Shown here: positions 13,852 to 26,439 of the stretch, piece after piece
How the letters are laid out: each line of letters begins with the position of its first letter
Position numbering within the stretch: the first letter of the stretch is position 1
Assembly (NCBI GenBank): GCA_002269645.1
Contig: NIVC01002752.1
Location: 79,298-143,297, forward strand
DNA length: 64,000 nucleotides
Direction: 5' to 3'
DNA from: Macrostomum lignano
Taxonomy: Eukaryota
Notes under the pieces: generated by a model
The model's input: only the letters and a program-made list of their open reading frames with translations
The model's database searches: none
What the model was told of the DNA's origin: nothing
Translations under genes and position numbers: made by a program

Positions 13852-14616
13852 ATATACGAGTAATATGAGAAAAGACTCACTTCCATACCAGGTCCGCTTC
13901 CAGCCACGGCCGTAGGACTCGATCTCCCAGTCCGGCAGGTCGCTGACCACGCTGGCATTGTACAACTGCGGGTTGAACAGGGCGTTCCCAACTCCTGCTG
14001 CCAAGGCGTTCAATGGTCGAAACTGTCCCGGCGCCGGCTCGTAGACGGAGTGTTTGGGGCTGGCGAGGTGGCGCATGTACCGCGACATGTCCGGCAGCGA
14101 GGCCAAAATGCCGCCGGCAGCTTCAACAAACCTTGTAGCTCTATGCAATACATTAATTTAGTGACGCTTTGTCTTACTAGTAGTAGGATGATAAACGTTT
14201 TTCACTTGTTTTTAAGATATTGATCAAAAAATTGAAAAATAATGCCAAAATCGTGTCAAGTTAGCCTGGCGTCGCAACTCATCACAGCTTAACTAGAATT
14301 TAAAGCCCAGACTCACCGCTCCATCTTGGACATCTCCAGCGGCACTTCCAGCCGCTTGTACTGCTGATTGATGACGACTCGGTCCAGCAGTTGCTTCTGC
14401 TTGATCTCTGAGCTGCCGTGAGTGTCCGTCATGCCCAGCGGTTGCCAGAGAAACTCGCGCATGTACTGGACGAAGCTGCGGTTCGTCAGGCGTTGCACAG
14501 CCATATCAGCGATTGTCCATACCAGGTTGTTGTAGACGAACGAGCCGCGGAATTCTGAGGCCGTCTTGAGTCGCCCGACGTGTCTAAAGATGGGAAACAG
14601 GATTTGGGGAACTCGG

Positions 14617-15310
14617 GGTAATCTGCTCAAGGTGTCTCAGGTAGGGTGAGAGGAGGACTCAATGTAATCTGCTCAAGGTGTCTCAGGTAGAGTGAGAGGA
14701 GGACTCAATGTAATCTGCTCAAGGTGTCTCAGGTAGAGTGAGAGGAGGACTCAATGTAATCTGCTCAAAGTGTCTCAGGTAGGGTGAGAGGAGGACTCAA
14801 TGTAATCTGCTCAAGGTGCCTCAGGTAGGGTGAGAGGAGGACTCAATGTAATCTGCTCAAGGTGTCTCAGGTAGGGTGAGAGGAGGACTCAATGTAATCT
14901 GCTCAAGGTGCCTCAGGTAGAGTGAGAGGAGGACTCAATGTAATCTGCTCAAGGTGCCTCAGGTAGAGTGAGAGGAGGACTCAATGTAATCTGCTCAAGG
15001 TGCCTCAGGTAGAGTGAGAGGAGGACTCAATGTAATCTGCTCAAGGTGTCTCAGGTAGGGTGAGAGGAGGACTCAATGTAATCTGCTCAAGGTGTCTTAG
15101 GTAGGGTGAGTGGATCAGGACTCAATGTAGTCTGCTCAAGGTGCCTCAGGTAGGGTGAGTGGATCAGGACTCAATGTAATCTGCTCAAGGTGCCTCAGGT
15201 AGGGTGAGTGGATCAGGACTCAATGTAGTCTGCTCAAGGTGCCTCAGGTAGGGTGAGTGGATCAGGACTCAATGTAGTCTGCTCAAGGTGCCTCAGGTAG
15301 GGTGAGAGGA
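14617..15310. repeat. 46-bp minisatellite filling intron 2 of the beta-lactamase-like gene
   Basis: Unit GTAATCTGCTCAAGGTGTCTCAGGTAGGGTGAGAGGAGGACTCAAT, about 15 copies. Confidence 0.95.
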
Positions 15311-16277
15311 GGGCTCAGTGCAAGGATAGGAGTACACTTACTTGGCCAGATCCTCTTTGCTCTGCCACTCATTCAGATACCACATGCTGTCGTGTCTGGA
15401 CAGTCCAGTTCTATGGCTCAGCATGTCGTCAATGGTGACAATCTCGCTGAGTCCGTGATCGGCAAACCAGAAGCTCTGATCTCCAATCAGCTGTTTTATT
15501 GGAGTGCTGAACAAGCTGCAAGATAAATACCGAATGAAATTTGTACTTTTAATTACTTTGTCTCCGGCCGGCTACCGATTTTAGATTTGCTTACCTAAAC
15601 GACTGATTCTTAAGTTGTTCGCGAAGGTGCTTCTCCACTTGAACCAGTGCCGTGCCAAACATTCCTTGCTAACGGAGGCCAGGTACAGCAGCCGTACATC
15701 AGTGTCGGCAATGTCTTTGATCTCGCCGCTAGCCAGCTTCTCCAGTTTGACGCTGAAAATCTCCTGGTTAGCGTGCACCACTGCTGCGTGCAGCTGCGGC
15801 ACCGACTGACAGCGCATGGTGCGCTCCAGCACCCGGCGGACTGCCGCGGTGTCCAGCGGGTAATAGGAGGCACCCGCCGCCACCAGCTGCAAGCAGCACA
15901 GAAGGACGAATGCCAGGTTCCACACAGACTGCATTATGCCTAGTTTTGTTGTTTCAGCTGACTGAGTCTTGGACTTTTACTCTGCTAATTGAACAGCTCT
16001 AAAAAAGGTTCTTTTAAGAAAGCTCGTTCGGCAGTGCGGCTTATCTTTTGAGATCTTTTGACTCACTCTTTGTGCTTTGATTGAGTCCAATACGAACTAG
16101 AAGATAAGATACCAACGAGAGAGCAGCTCACCTTGTGGTACTTTCTCCATTTTATAACCAATTAAATATTTTAAAGTTCAACTTGGTAGTGACGGTTTTG
16201 CTGCTACTAAAATTGACGTGCATAGCTTATGCATTCCATGTAGACGCCTTCGGTTCGCCCTTGTGCCTTTTTTGTTT

Positions 16278-18540
16278 GAAATCTGCCTCTCTCCGCTCTT
16301 TTTGACTTTGAATCTGCCTCTCTCCGCTCTGTCTGACTTTCAATCTGCCCCTCTCCGCTCTGTCTGACTTTCAATCTGCCCCTCTCCGCTCTTTTTGACT
16401 TTGAAATCTGCCTCTCTCCGCTCTTTCTGACTTTCAATCTGCCTCTCTCCGCTCTTTCTGACTTTCAATCTGCCCCTCTCCGCCCTTTCTGACTTTCAAT
16501 CTGCCCCTCTCCGCTCTGTCTGACTTTCAATCTGCCCCTCTCCGCTCTTTCTGACTTTCAATCTGCCCCTCTCCGCTCTTTCTGACTTTCAATCTGCCCC
16601 TCTCCGCTCTGTCTGACTTTCAATCTGCCCCTCTCCGCTCTGTCTGACTTTCAATCTGCCTCTCTCCGCTCTTTTTGACTTTGAATCTGCCTCTCTCCGC
16701 CCTTTCTGACTTTCAATCTGCCTCTCTCCGCTCTGTCTGACTTTCAATCTGCCCCTCTCCGCTCTGTCTGACTTTCAATCTGCCCCTCTCCGCTCTGTCT
16801 GACTTTCAATCTGCCCCTCTCCGCTCTTTTTGACTTTGAATCTGCCTCTCTCCGCCCTTTCTGACTTTCAATCTGCCCCTCTCCGCTCTGTCTGACTTTC
16901 AATCTGCCCCTCTCCGCTCTGTCTGACTTTCAATCTGCCCCTCTCCGCTCTGTCTGACTTTCAATCTGCCTCTCTCCGCTCTTTTTGACTTTGAATCTGC
17001 CTCTCTCCGCCCTTTCTGACTTTCAATCTGCCTCTCTCCGCTCTTTCTGACTTTCAATCTGCCCCTCTCCGCTCTGTCTGACTTTCAATCTGCCCCTCTC
17101 CGCTCTGTCTGACTTTCAATCTGCCCCTCTCCGCTCTGTCTGACTTTCAATCTGCCTCTCTCCGCTCTTTTTGACTTTGAATCTGCCTCTCTCCGCCCTT
17201 TCTGACTTTCAATCTGCCTCTCTCCGCTCTTTCTGACTTTCAATCTGCCCCTCTCCGCTCTGTCTGACTTTCAATCTGCCCCTCTCCGCTCTTTTTGACT
17301 TTGAATCTGCCTCTCTCCGCCCTTTCTGACTTTCAATCTGCCTCTCTCCGCTCTTTCTGACTTTCAATCTGCCCCTCTCCGCTCTGTCTGACTTTCAATC
17401 TGCCCCTCTCCGCTCTTTCTGACTTTCAATCTGCCCCTCTCCGCTCTTTCTGACTTTCAATCTGCCCCTCTCCGCTCTGTCTGACTTTCAATCTGCCCCT
17501 CTCCGCTCTTTCTGACTTTCAATCTGCCCCTCTCCGCTCTGTCTGACTTTCAATCTGCCCCTCTCCGCTCTTTTTGACTTTGAATCTGCCTCTCTCCGCC
17601 CTTTCTGACTTTCAATCTGCCTCTCTCCGCTCTTTCTGACTTTCAATCTGCCCCTCTCCGCTCTGTCTGACTTTCAATCTGCCCCTCTCCGCTCTTTCTG
17701 ACTTTCAATCTGCCCCTCTCCGCTCTTTCTGACTTTCAATCTGCCCCTCTCCGGTCTGTCTGACTTTCAATCTGCCCCTCTCCGCTCTTTCTGACTTTCA
17801 ATCTGCCCCTCTCCGCTCTTTCTGACTTTCAATCTGCCCCTCTCCGCTCTTTCTGACTTTCAATCTGCCCCTCTCCGTCCTTTCTGACTTTCAATCTGCC
17901 TCTCTCCGCTCTTTCTGACTTTCAATCTGCCTCTCTCCATCCTTTCTGACTTTCAATCTGCCCCTCTCCGCTCTGTCTGACTTTCAATCTGCCCCTCTCC
18001 GCTCTTTCTGACTTTCAATCTGCCCCTCTCCGCTCTTTCTGACTTTCAATCTGCCCCTCTCCGCTCTTTCTGACTTTCAATCTGCCCCTCTCCGCTCTTT
18101 CTGACTTTCAATCTGCCTCTCTCCGCTCTTTCTGACTTTCAATCTGCCTCTCTCCGCTCTTTCTGACTTTCAATCTGCCTCTCTCCGTCCTTTCTGACTT
18201 TCAATCTGCCTCTCTCCGCTCTTTCTGACTTTCAATCTGCCTCTCTCCGCCCTTTCAGTCCTTAACTCTGCCTCTCTCCGCCCATTCAGTCCTTAACTCT
18301 GCCTCTCTCCGCCCTTTCAGTCCTTAACTCTGCCCCTCTCCGCCCTTTCAGTCCTTAACTCTGCCTCTCTCCGCCCATTCAGTCCTTAACTCTGCCTCTC
18401 TCCGCCCTTTCAGTCCTTAACTCTGCCCCTCTCCGCCCATTCAGTCCTTAACTCTGCCTCTCTCCGCCCTTTCTGACTTTCAATCTGCCTCTCTCCGCCC
18501 TTTCTGACTTTCAATCAGCCTCTCTCCGCTCTTTCAGTCC
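16278..18540. repeat. 31-bp minisatellite (AATCTGCCCCTCTCCGCTCTTTCTGACTTTC), about 70 copies
   Basis: Long tandem array, with a variant unit (CAGTCCTTAACTC) at the right end. Confidence 0.97.
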
Positions 18541-19544
18541 GTAGGGTTTCGACCATAGAATAAGCAAACGCTAGCCAAACAATAATGCTATACCTATAGA
18601 TTCAAAACGATCAAAACGATTTTTCATATCTGCACGTCTTGATTAAAGTTGAATAGCTCATATCCGCCAGCCGCAATTCACGCTATGAACTTCATCGTTG
18701 CCCCTATGATATTAAATCAGAGTGCAGCAGGCTTGGTCATCAGCCTGGTCACCATCTGCGTCTGCTGTTGCTACCTGACTGGCGTAATTCTGCAGCTTGG
18801 CATTGAATCCGCCAAGGTGCATCTTCAGCTTGCAGACAGAGCAATAGTTGGACCTTCAATATCGTTGAGCGCCGCTCTGACTCTCTCTTTGACCTGCAAC
18901 TCTCTGCTGCTCTGCTGTCTGCCAGTCTGCCTGCTGCTTGGCATCCTCTGGCGTCAGCAAGTCGTCGCCTCGTCGACTACGGCACTGCAGACGGACGCAG
19001 ATGCCGATGAAGCTGATACCACAGCTGATGATGACGGGCAAGGCGACTCCTGAGTCATGCTGTCAACGCATTTTTGATGATGCTGAAGTATTCTCTTACC
19101 TGTGGTTCCCATCCACCCCTCCGGTCACCGAGAGTTTCTGTCTATGGCTGCAACTTCAGGCTAAAATTGATGTACAAAGACTTAAATAGGCTCAAATCTG
19201 TTTAAAGTCGCCGATTCTATATTCTTGTACTTTTGAGCTACAAATTTCTATGAATAGAAATCGCAGTGACTAGAGGGGTGGGTTGGGTTATAAAACCGAG
19301 CATCGGCTCTTCTGTGCAATTAACTGCCCTTAATTGGGCAATTTGGTTTGCTCACTAATTGGCCATTTTACGGTGACCAAGTGATTTGTGTGTCAAATGC
19401 CCATTTGCCTTGGGCAAGTTGTTTTTTGTGTTAGTCTCAAAGCGATGACAGATAATTTCTCTGATTGAGTTTTGAGCTTCTCAGCTGCTTATTAACGTGT
19501 GAAAAGGGACTGACTGCTGGGTGTCTGTCACGTGCCTATGAAAT

Positions 19545-20045
19545 GTCACTGTGGTGTCTGAAGGGTCTGTGAGGTGTTTGTAAGGTGTCTGTGAAGTTTC
19601 TGTGAGGTTTCTGTGAGGTGTTTGTAAGGTGTCTGTGAGGTGTCTGTGAGGTGTCTGTGAGGTGTCTGTGAGGTGTCTGTGAGGTGTTTGTAAGGTGTCT
19701 GTGAGGTGTCTGTGAGGTGTCTTTTTGGTGTCTCTGATGGGTATGCTGAGTGTCTGTGAAGTTTCTGTGAGGTGTCTGTGAGGTGTCTGTGAGGTGTCTG
19801 TGAGGTGTCTGTGAGGTGTCTGTGAGGTGTCTGTGAGGTGTCTTTTTGGTGTCTCTGATGGGTATGCTGAGTGTCTGTGAAGTTTCTGTGAGGTGTCTGT
19901 GAGGTGTCTGTGAGGTGTCTGTGAGGTGTCTTTTTGGTGTCTCTGATGGGTCTGCTGGGTGTCTGTGAGGTGTCTGTAGAATGTCTGTGGGGTGTCTGTG
20001 AGGTGTCTATCAGGTGTCTGTTTGTATCTGTCTGCTGAGTGTCTG
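19545..20045. repeat. 11-bp minisatellite (GTGTCTGTGAG) with a higher-order block
   Basis: Tandem units; source of the ORF 19546..20124. Confidence 0.9.
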
Positions 20046-20758
20046 AGGGATTCTGCTGAACTGGATGGAGTCTCCTAGAACTGAACGCTGACTCCATCCC
20101 GTTTTTGATGGGTCGAGCATTCAATTATGCGACTTTATAATTTGAAATAAAAATTCTGTTCATCATCAAGAATTTTATTTGGTACTGACAGGTAATTCAT
20201 ACAATCGACTCCCAATATCAGGTCCTACCGATCTGATTTTTGTCAATGTCAGTAAAAATCAACTTTGTAGTAAGAATGAAAAAAAAAGTTGCACTCATTC
20301 CCAAATCCCGGGCTCCTGTGCTTGTGGACAAGAAATTTTCGATACAATGGACCCCCTGTGGAGAGCGGCGCAAATGCGGTGGGTGCAACAGCAAGTGTTA
20401 CGCAATCAATGCTTGAAGACCGAAGTCTTCATTCGAAGTTGTGTGTTTCTGTCTCCCTCCCCAAGTCTGTCAGTTAAACGGGCCTGCAAGTCCTCAGTCA
20501 GTTTAGTGTCTTTAAAAATTAAAATTCAAAACTACATATTGACGCGGTTCTCTTGCAGTTTTTCCTTAAAATAATCGTCCATAAAAATATCGAATTGTGA
20601 GGGGGGGCAAGCCCCTCTTGTTAATAGAGGATTTGGTTTGACTTTAAAGGTTAAAAGTTTGTTCCGCAGTCAACAACAACAATGACAATAAAAACCACAA
20701 GGACGACTGCATAAACGAAAGCGACAACAACAACAACAACAAAAACTAAAATTACAAT

Positions 20759-20790
<32 letters not shown>

Positions 20791-20804
20791 AAACAACAAA
20801 CAGC

Positions 20805-21245
20805 AATGAGAGAGCTGAGTACGCCAAATTCAGAGTTGGACACAGCACAGGCCTTAGAGCCTATGCCAACCGGCTGGGCCTGTACGACTCCGATACCTGC
20901 AGACTTTGTATGATGGCACCGGAGACTAACACCCACGTAGCGCTGGAGTGCGCCAAGATGGAAAAGGATCGCCGACCCCTCGGTATCACGTGCCTCGCAG
21001 ACCTGTGCAGCAGCCCCGACGCCGGTCGAAAACTTTGGACGGAGTTTAAGGAAAGAGTTAGAGAGGTGGATGGAGCGACTTCCCACGACTAAAAAAAACA
21101 ACAACAGCAACAACAACAACAACAATAGCAACAACAGTAGCAACAGCAACAAAAATAGCAACAAAAACAACAGCAACAAAAACAACAATAACAACAACAA
21201 CGACAACAACAACAACAACAATAAAAAATACTACAACAATGACAA
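20805..21245 (+). mobile_element. 5'-truncated non-LTR retrotransposon (LINE) ORF2 3' end with (AAC)n-rich tail
   Basis: Translates as FRVGHSTGLRAYANRLGLYDSDTCRLCMMAPETNTHVALECAK...HD* (stop 21092), matching the C-terminal CxxC-H-C zinc knuckle of LINE ORF2 proteins (RxGH...L...CxxC..ETxxH...EC). Followed directly by an A/AAC-rich tail and preceded by another (AAC)n tract (20670-20805). Confidence 0.8.
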
Positions 21246-21827
21246 CATTAGCTTCTTTCCATCGAGCTTCGGGCTCTCAATCCTCCAAAAAATAAAATAA
21301 AAATGAGTTCAATTATGACTCCCGTGCTGACAGCTCAGGTCCTGGCCCATATTCAGTATTCAAAAGAACAGGAAGATTGGATCGAGAGCTTCATAAAGTC
21401 GAGTCCGAGTCAAGAGGATTGGAATTAGTTGCCAGGGCAGTCTTAATGAAAAATCCCCAGTTTTTTAAGTGGACTGACTATCAGTGCTCTAACCAGCTTT
21501 AAGTGGTTAGGAAATTAATTTATATGGATATTGGTTGACTTCATTTCGATAATTTTTTAGGTGAAGAGGGACCAGAACCTGGCACCGACTGTCCCACCAG
21601 GTGCGAAATTTTGCTATTTATTGATAAGCAGAACTGTGATCCTAAAATGGGAGGATAGGCCATTAGCAACTTTTTTATCAATCATTCCCCTAAGATGCCG
21701 CCATCGTGAGTGGTTAGTGGTTTCTAAGGCAAAAACAATGCATTGATGAGAAATCTGATACAACTTACTCGCAATGACATAAGCTAGCGCCTTCTGAATA
21801 ATCTCTCTCAAAGGTAGATTAAAGTTC

Positions 21828-22244
21828 AGAATAGAATAGAATAGAATAGAATAGAATAGAATAGAATAGAATATAATAGAATAGAATAGAATAGAATAGA
21901 ATAGAATAGAATAGAATAGAATAGAATAGAATAGAATAGAATAGAATAGAATAGAATAGAATAGAATAGAATAGAATAGAATAGAATAGAATAGAATAGA
22001 ATAGAATAGAATAGAATAGAATAGAATAGAATAGAATAGAATAGAATAGAATAGAATAGAATAGAATAGAATAGAATAGAATAGAATAGAATAGAATAGA
22101 ATAGAATAGAATAGAATAGAATAGAATAGAATAGAATAGAATAGAATAGAATAGAATAGAATAGAATAGAATAGAATAGAATAGAATAGAATAGAATAGA
22201 ATAGAATAGAATAGAATAGAATAGAATAGAATAAAATAGAATAG
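21828..22244. repeat. (AATAG)n microsatellite, about 83 units
   Basis: Near-perfect pentamer run. Confidence 0.98.
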
Positions 22245-22849
22245 TGGTGGTGAGTCAGAACCCTTCTCCTCATCATTAAGCATCCAACCAGCGAAGCATA
22301 ATAGCTGAGATCGGAATTCATGAGCAACTCAAACTCGCAACTGGAATTAACGCGAGTAACAAAGCCAATCTAAATAAGTGAGCGAGCGAGATCGAGTGGG
22401 CACTCTATCAAACTGAATGTTTAGTCTGATTCAGATAGCTAATTTAATAGTAAAGTCAGTTAATTGCATCCCCAATTTTAGCAAGCCGCCCTGCCAGACA
22501 AGGGTGTGCTTGATTTTGCTCTAGTTTAATCACTGCTGACAAATAAAGTTTGACGTCAAAACACACAACGCAACGGGGATTGCTGTTAGCTTGAAAACGC
22601 AAAACCGCTGTGGGCTTAATTCGGCACCTTTTTGAGCTGAGGGGAGGCGTTTACCTTTTATGGTTAGCACTGACACCTTTTTGACAATCGAAAGGAGCTG
22701 CTGCTCTTTTGAGGCTGGAAGCCAAAAATCGGAAGGTGTGAAGCGAGAGGTGTGAGCACCGCTGGCAAACAAGCGGGGAGAGGAGAGCTTTGGTGCAGAG
22801 TTGACCACTGAGAAGGATGGGGGAATTAGGAGTAGAATGATAAGATATG

Positions 22850-23515
22850 AGAAAGAGAAGGGGACAGAGAATGCAGAGGGGAGAAATGTAGAGGAGGGAG
22901 AGAAAAGAGAGATGAGAAAGGAGAGAGGGAGAGGGGAGAGGGGAAAGACGGAGAGGGAGAGAGGGGAGAGAGGAAGAGAGGAGAGGGGGAGAGGGGAGAG
23001 AGGGAGAGGAGGGAGGGGGTGAGGGGAAGGGGAGAGGGGAGAGAGGAGAGAGGAGAGAGGAGAGAGGGAGAGGGAGAGGGGAGAGGGGAGAGCGGAGAGA
23101 GGGAGAGGGAGAGGGGGAGAGGGGAGAGAGGAGAGAGGGAGATGGGAGAGGTGGGAGAGGGAGAGGGGGGAGGGGGTGAAGGGAGAGGGGGAGAGGGGAG
23201 AGAGGAGAGAGGGAGAGAGGAGAGAGGGAGAGGGAGAGGGAGAGGGAGAGGGGAGAAGGGGAGAGAAGAGAGAGGGAGAGGGAGAGGGAGAGGGGAGAGG
23301 GGAGAGAGGAGAGAGGGAGATGGGAGAGGTGGGAGAGGGAGAGGGGGGAGGGGGTGAAGGGAGAGGGGGAGAGGGGAGAGAGGAGAGAGGGAGAGAGGAG
23401 AGAGGGAGAGGGAGAGGGAGAGGGGAGAGGGGAGAAGGGGAGAGAAGAGAGAGGGAGAGGGAGAGGGAGAGGGGAGAGGGGAGAGACGGAGAGGGGAGAG
23501 GGGAGAGGAGGGAGA
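22850..23515. repeat. GA-rich low-complexity tract with internal duplication
   Basis: Almost pure G/A; the block 23030-23190 recurs near 23210-23390. Confidence 0.9.
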
Positions 23516-24552
23516 GTCCTCAAACCCCAAAGCGCTGACACGGTAACGCAGATGTTTTTAAGCGAAGTGCCGATATTTCGAGTTCGGTTACTTTTCGTCA
23601 GGGCAGAATGCGAGTAAAATTTATTTGGCACAAATTGCCGCCAATATTTAAAGTCGATAACGTCAGGGAGAAGAGGGAGAGGGTTTGAGGGAGAGAAGGA
23701 GAGGGAGGCGCATGTACAATCCACGATAAATAGCCGAATGAACAAAAAGAAGAGGAGCCGATATTCTAATAAAAGGAATTTTCAATATTTGAAGAAAAGA
23801 GAGATAGCATTGGGAGAGAGGGGGAGAGATGGTTTGAAAAGAGGCCAGGGCAGAGAAAGAGAGGAGAAAAAGTAAAAATTTTAGAAGAGAATAAAACAGT
23901 TTGGCTATTTCCCAATTCCCTGTGTCAGCTCTAGAGATGAAGAGAGCATAAGATGGTATTTTTTAACAAGCAGAGAATTTGCAGCAGCCCTCAATTACAC
24001 GAAAGCAGCTGCACAGCAACCTATCGAAAACCAAGGATACAGAATAAAGGCATGTAATTAAAAGCCAATTTCAGAACCATGGCCTCACGATGAAATTCGA
24101 GGGCTATTCGAATAGAAGAAGCCTGACTGTCTTGACAAGTCGCGTGACCGAGAAGGGGTCTCAGGCGGATTCTGAAACAAAAATTTCTTAACCTTCACTG
24201 AACCCCTAGGGGCATGATTTGTGCAGACACACACACACACGCACACAAGATAAAGCTACTTTGCTATCAGGACCTGCAGTCAGGCAAAACAAAACAAGTA
24301 ATTATGATTGGATTTTCAGACTTCATTATTATATAAAAGACTTTTTTCGCTTGATTTCAAAACTTTGCCACTGCAGGGTCCTGCAGCTGAGACACCACAG
24401 CTCATAGCCTGAGGGCGGGATGGGCTCGATTTGGGGCGGAGCAGGCAGGTCCTCCGCCATGTGGAAAATCTTCCTCTTACACAAGCGCTGCCTGTTCGGG
24501 GAGTCCTGTATGGAGTAAAATGGTTGGAGCGGTTGGACGCTTAACACTCAAC

Positions 24553-26002
24553 ACCCAAGCTTCACAATCCCCAAGCTTCACAATCCCCAAGCTTCACAAT
24601 CCCCAAGCTTCACAATCCCCAAGCTTCACAATCCCCAAGCTTCACAATCTCCAAGCTTCACAATCTCCAAGCTTCACAATCCCCAAGTTTCACAATCCCC
24701 AAGCTTCACAATCCCCAAGCTTCACAATCCCCAAGCTTCACAATCCCCAAGCTTCACAATCCCCAAGCTTCACAATCCCCAAGATTCACAATCCCCAAGC
24801 TTCACAATCCCCAAGCTTCACAATCCCCAAGCTTCACAATCCCCAAGCTTCACAATCCCCAAGCTTCACAATCCCCAAGCTTCACAATCCCCAAGCTTCA
24901 CAATCCCCAAGCTTCACAATCCCCAAGCTTCACAATCCCCAAGCTTCACAATCCCCAAGCTTCACAATCCCGAAGATTCACAATCCCCAAGCTTCACAAT
25001 CCCCAAGCTTCACAATCCCCAAGCTTCACAATCCCGAAGATTCACAATCCCGAAGAGTCACAATCCCCAAGCTTCACAATCTCCAAGCTTCACAATCCCC
25101 AAGCTTCACAATCCCCAAGCTTCACAATCCCGAAGATTCACAATCCCCAAGCTTCACAATCCCCAAGCTTCACATCCCCAAGCTTCACAATTCCCAAGCT
25201 TCACAATCCCGAAGATTCACAATCCCCAAGCTTTACAATCCCCAAGCTTCACAATCCCCAAGCTTCACAATCCCCAAGCTTCACAATCCCCAAGATTCAC
25301 AATCCCGAAGATTTACAATCCCCAAGCTTCACAATCCCCAAGCTTCACAATCCCGAAGATTCACAATCCCCAAGCTTCACAATCCCCAAGCTTCACATCC
25401 CCAAGCTTCACAATCCCCAAGCTTCACAATCCCCAAGATTCACAATCCCCAAGCTTCACAATCCCCAAGCTTCACAATCCCCAAGCTTCACAATCCCCAA
25501 GCTTCACAATCCCCAAGCTTCACATCCCCAAGCTTCACAATCCCGAAGATTCACAATCCCGAAGATTCACAATCCCCAAGCTTTACAATCCCCAAGCTTC
25601 ACAATCCCCAAGCTTCACAATCCCCAAGCTTCACAATCCCCAAGCTTCACAATCCCCAAGCTTCACAATCCCCAAGCTTCACAATCCCCAAGCTTCACAA
25701 TCCCCAAGCTTCACAATCCCCAAGCTTCACAATCCCCAAGCTTCACAATCCCCAAGCTTCACAATCCCCAAGCTTCACAATCCCCAAGCTTCACAATCCC
25801 CAAGCTTCACAATCCCCAAGCTTCACAATCCCCAAGCTTCACAATCCCCAAGCTTCACAATCCCAAGCTTCACAATCCCCAAGCTTCACAATCCCGAAGA
25901 TTCACAATCCCCAAGCTTCACAATCCCCAAGCTTCACAATCCCCAAGCTTCACAATCCACAAGCTTCACAATCCCAAGCCTCACAATCCCAAGCTTCACA
26001 AT
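24553..26002. repeat. 16-bp minisatellite (CCCCAAGCTTCACAAT), about 90 copies
   Basis: Stop-free unit that explains the 518-aa ORF 24520..26076 (16-aa period). Confidence 0.97.
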
Positions 26003-26439
26003 TCAAAGCCGAATTCAAACCAAACACATGGGCGGGTCAGCCATGCAGTCCAGATTGTCTCTCCAGTACTCCATGACCTGACGCTTCCTCTCAGTCCTTC
26101 CCCTTCCATATTTGTCTGACTTCATCGGCCGCATACTGAATTAGAGTTGCGAATGGAAGGTGAATGAATTGAAGCGCAAGGCTATTTGGGATCGTGAATA
26201 ATTACTCGCGTCCCGGATTTCGGATTTTGCGGGCTCATTGCCCAGCCTAAGGGGATGGCTCAGCCGCTGCAGCTCTCGCCTAGCATTAGACAGTGAAAGT
26301 CAGTGAGAAGGGAAAAAGAAAATCTTCCTATCTAAGAGAGGCTTTCAGGGAGTGGATATAGGGAGTATTCTCTATGCTATGAGATTTTTTAGGATAAGAT
26401 TCTCCGTTCTTACAGGCAAGATTCTCTGGTGTAAGACTC

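Larger units (their letters stand above)
11506..15934 (-). pseudogene. Secreted serine beta-lactamase / penicillin-binding-protein-like hydrolase (class C-like, probable C-terminal DUF3471-type region and hydrophobic tail), frameshifted in this sequence
   Basis: Exons 15934-15595, 15515-15342, 14583-14317, 14140-13881, 13128-12825, 11974-11506, all GT-AG. Signal-peptide-like N-terminus MQSVWNLAFVLLCCLQLVAAG; motifs LASVSK (SxxK), VTIDDMLSHRTGL, FVYNN (YxN), LWQPLGM, AAGGILAS, YGRGW, HGG, GRYANFGFG; hydrophobic C-terminus. Exon total is 1814 nt (not a multiple of 3); removing 2 nt after SVSK restores the consensus (SKMFGTAL) and the splice phase, giving about 603 aa. Could be an assembly indel rather than a true pseudogene. 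Confidence 0.85.

Noticed and set aside
18856-19060. Possible terminal exon encoding a transmembrane helix (VALPVIISCGISFIGICVRL)
   Set aside because: Competing frames on both strands and no consistent upstream exon.
24520-26076. 518-aa ORF, and similar long ORFs at 10623-11295, 12975-14148, 21614-22327, 22651-23745, 28161-28880, 29263-30030
   Set aside because: They are translations of stop-free tandem or low-complexity repeats; protein periodicity equals the DNA unit length.
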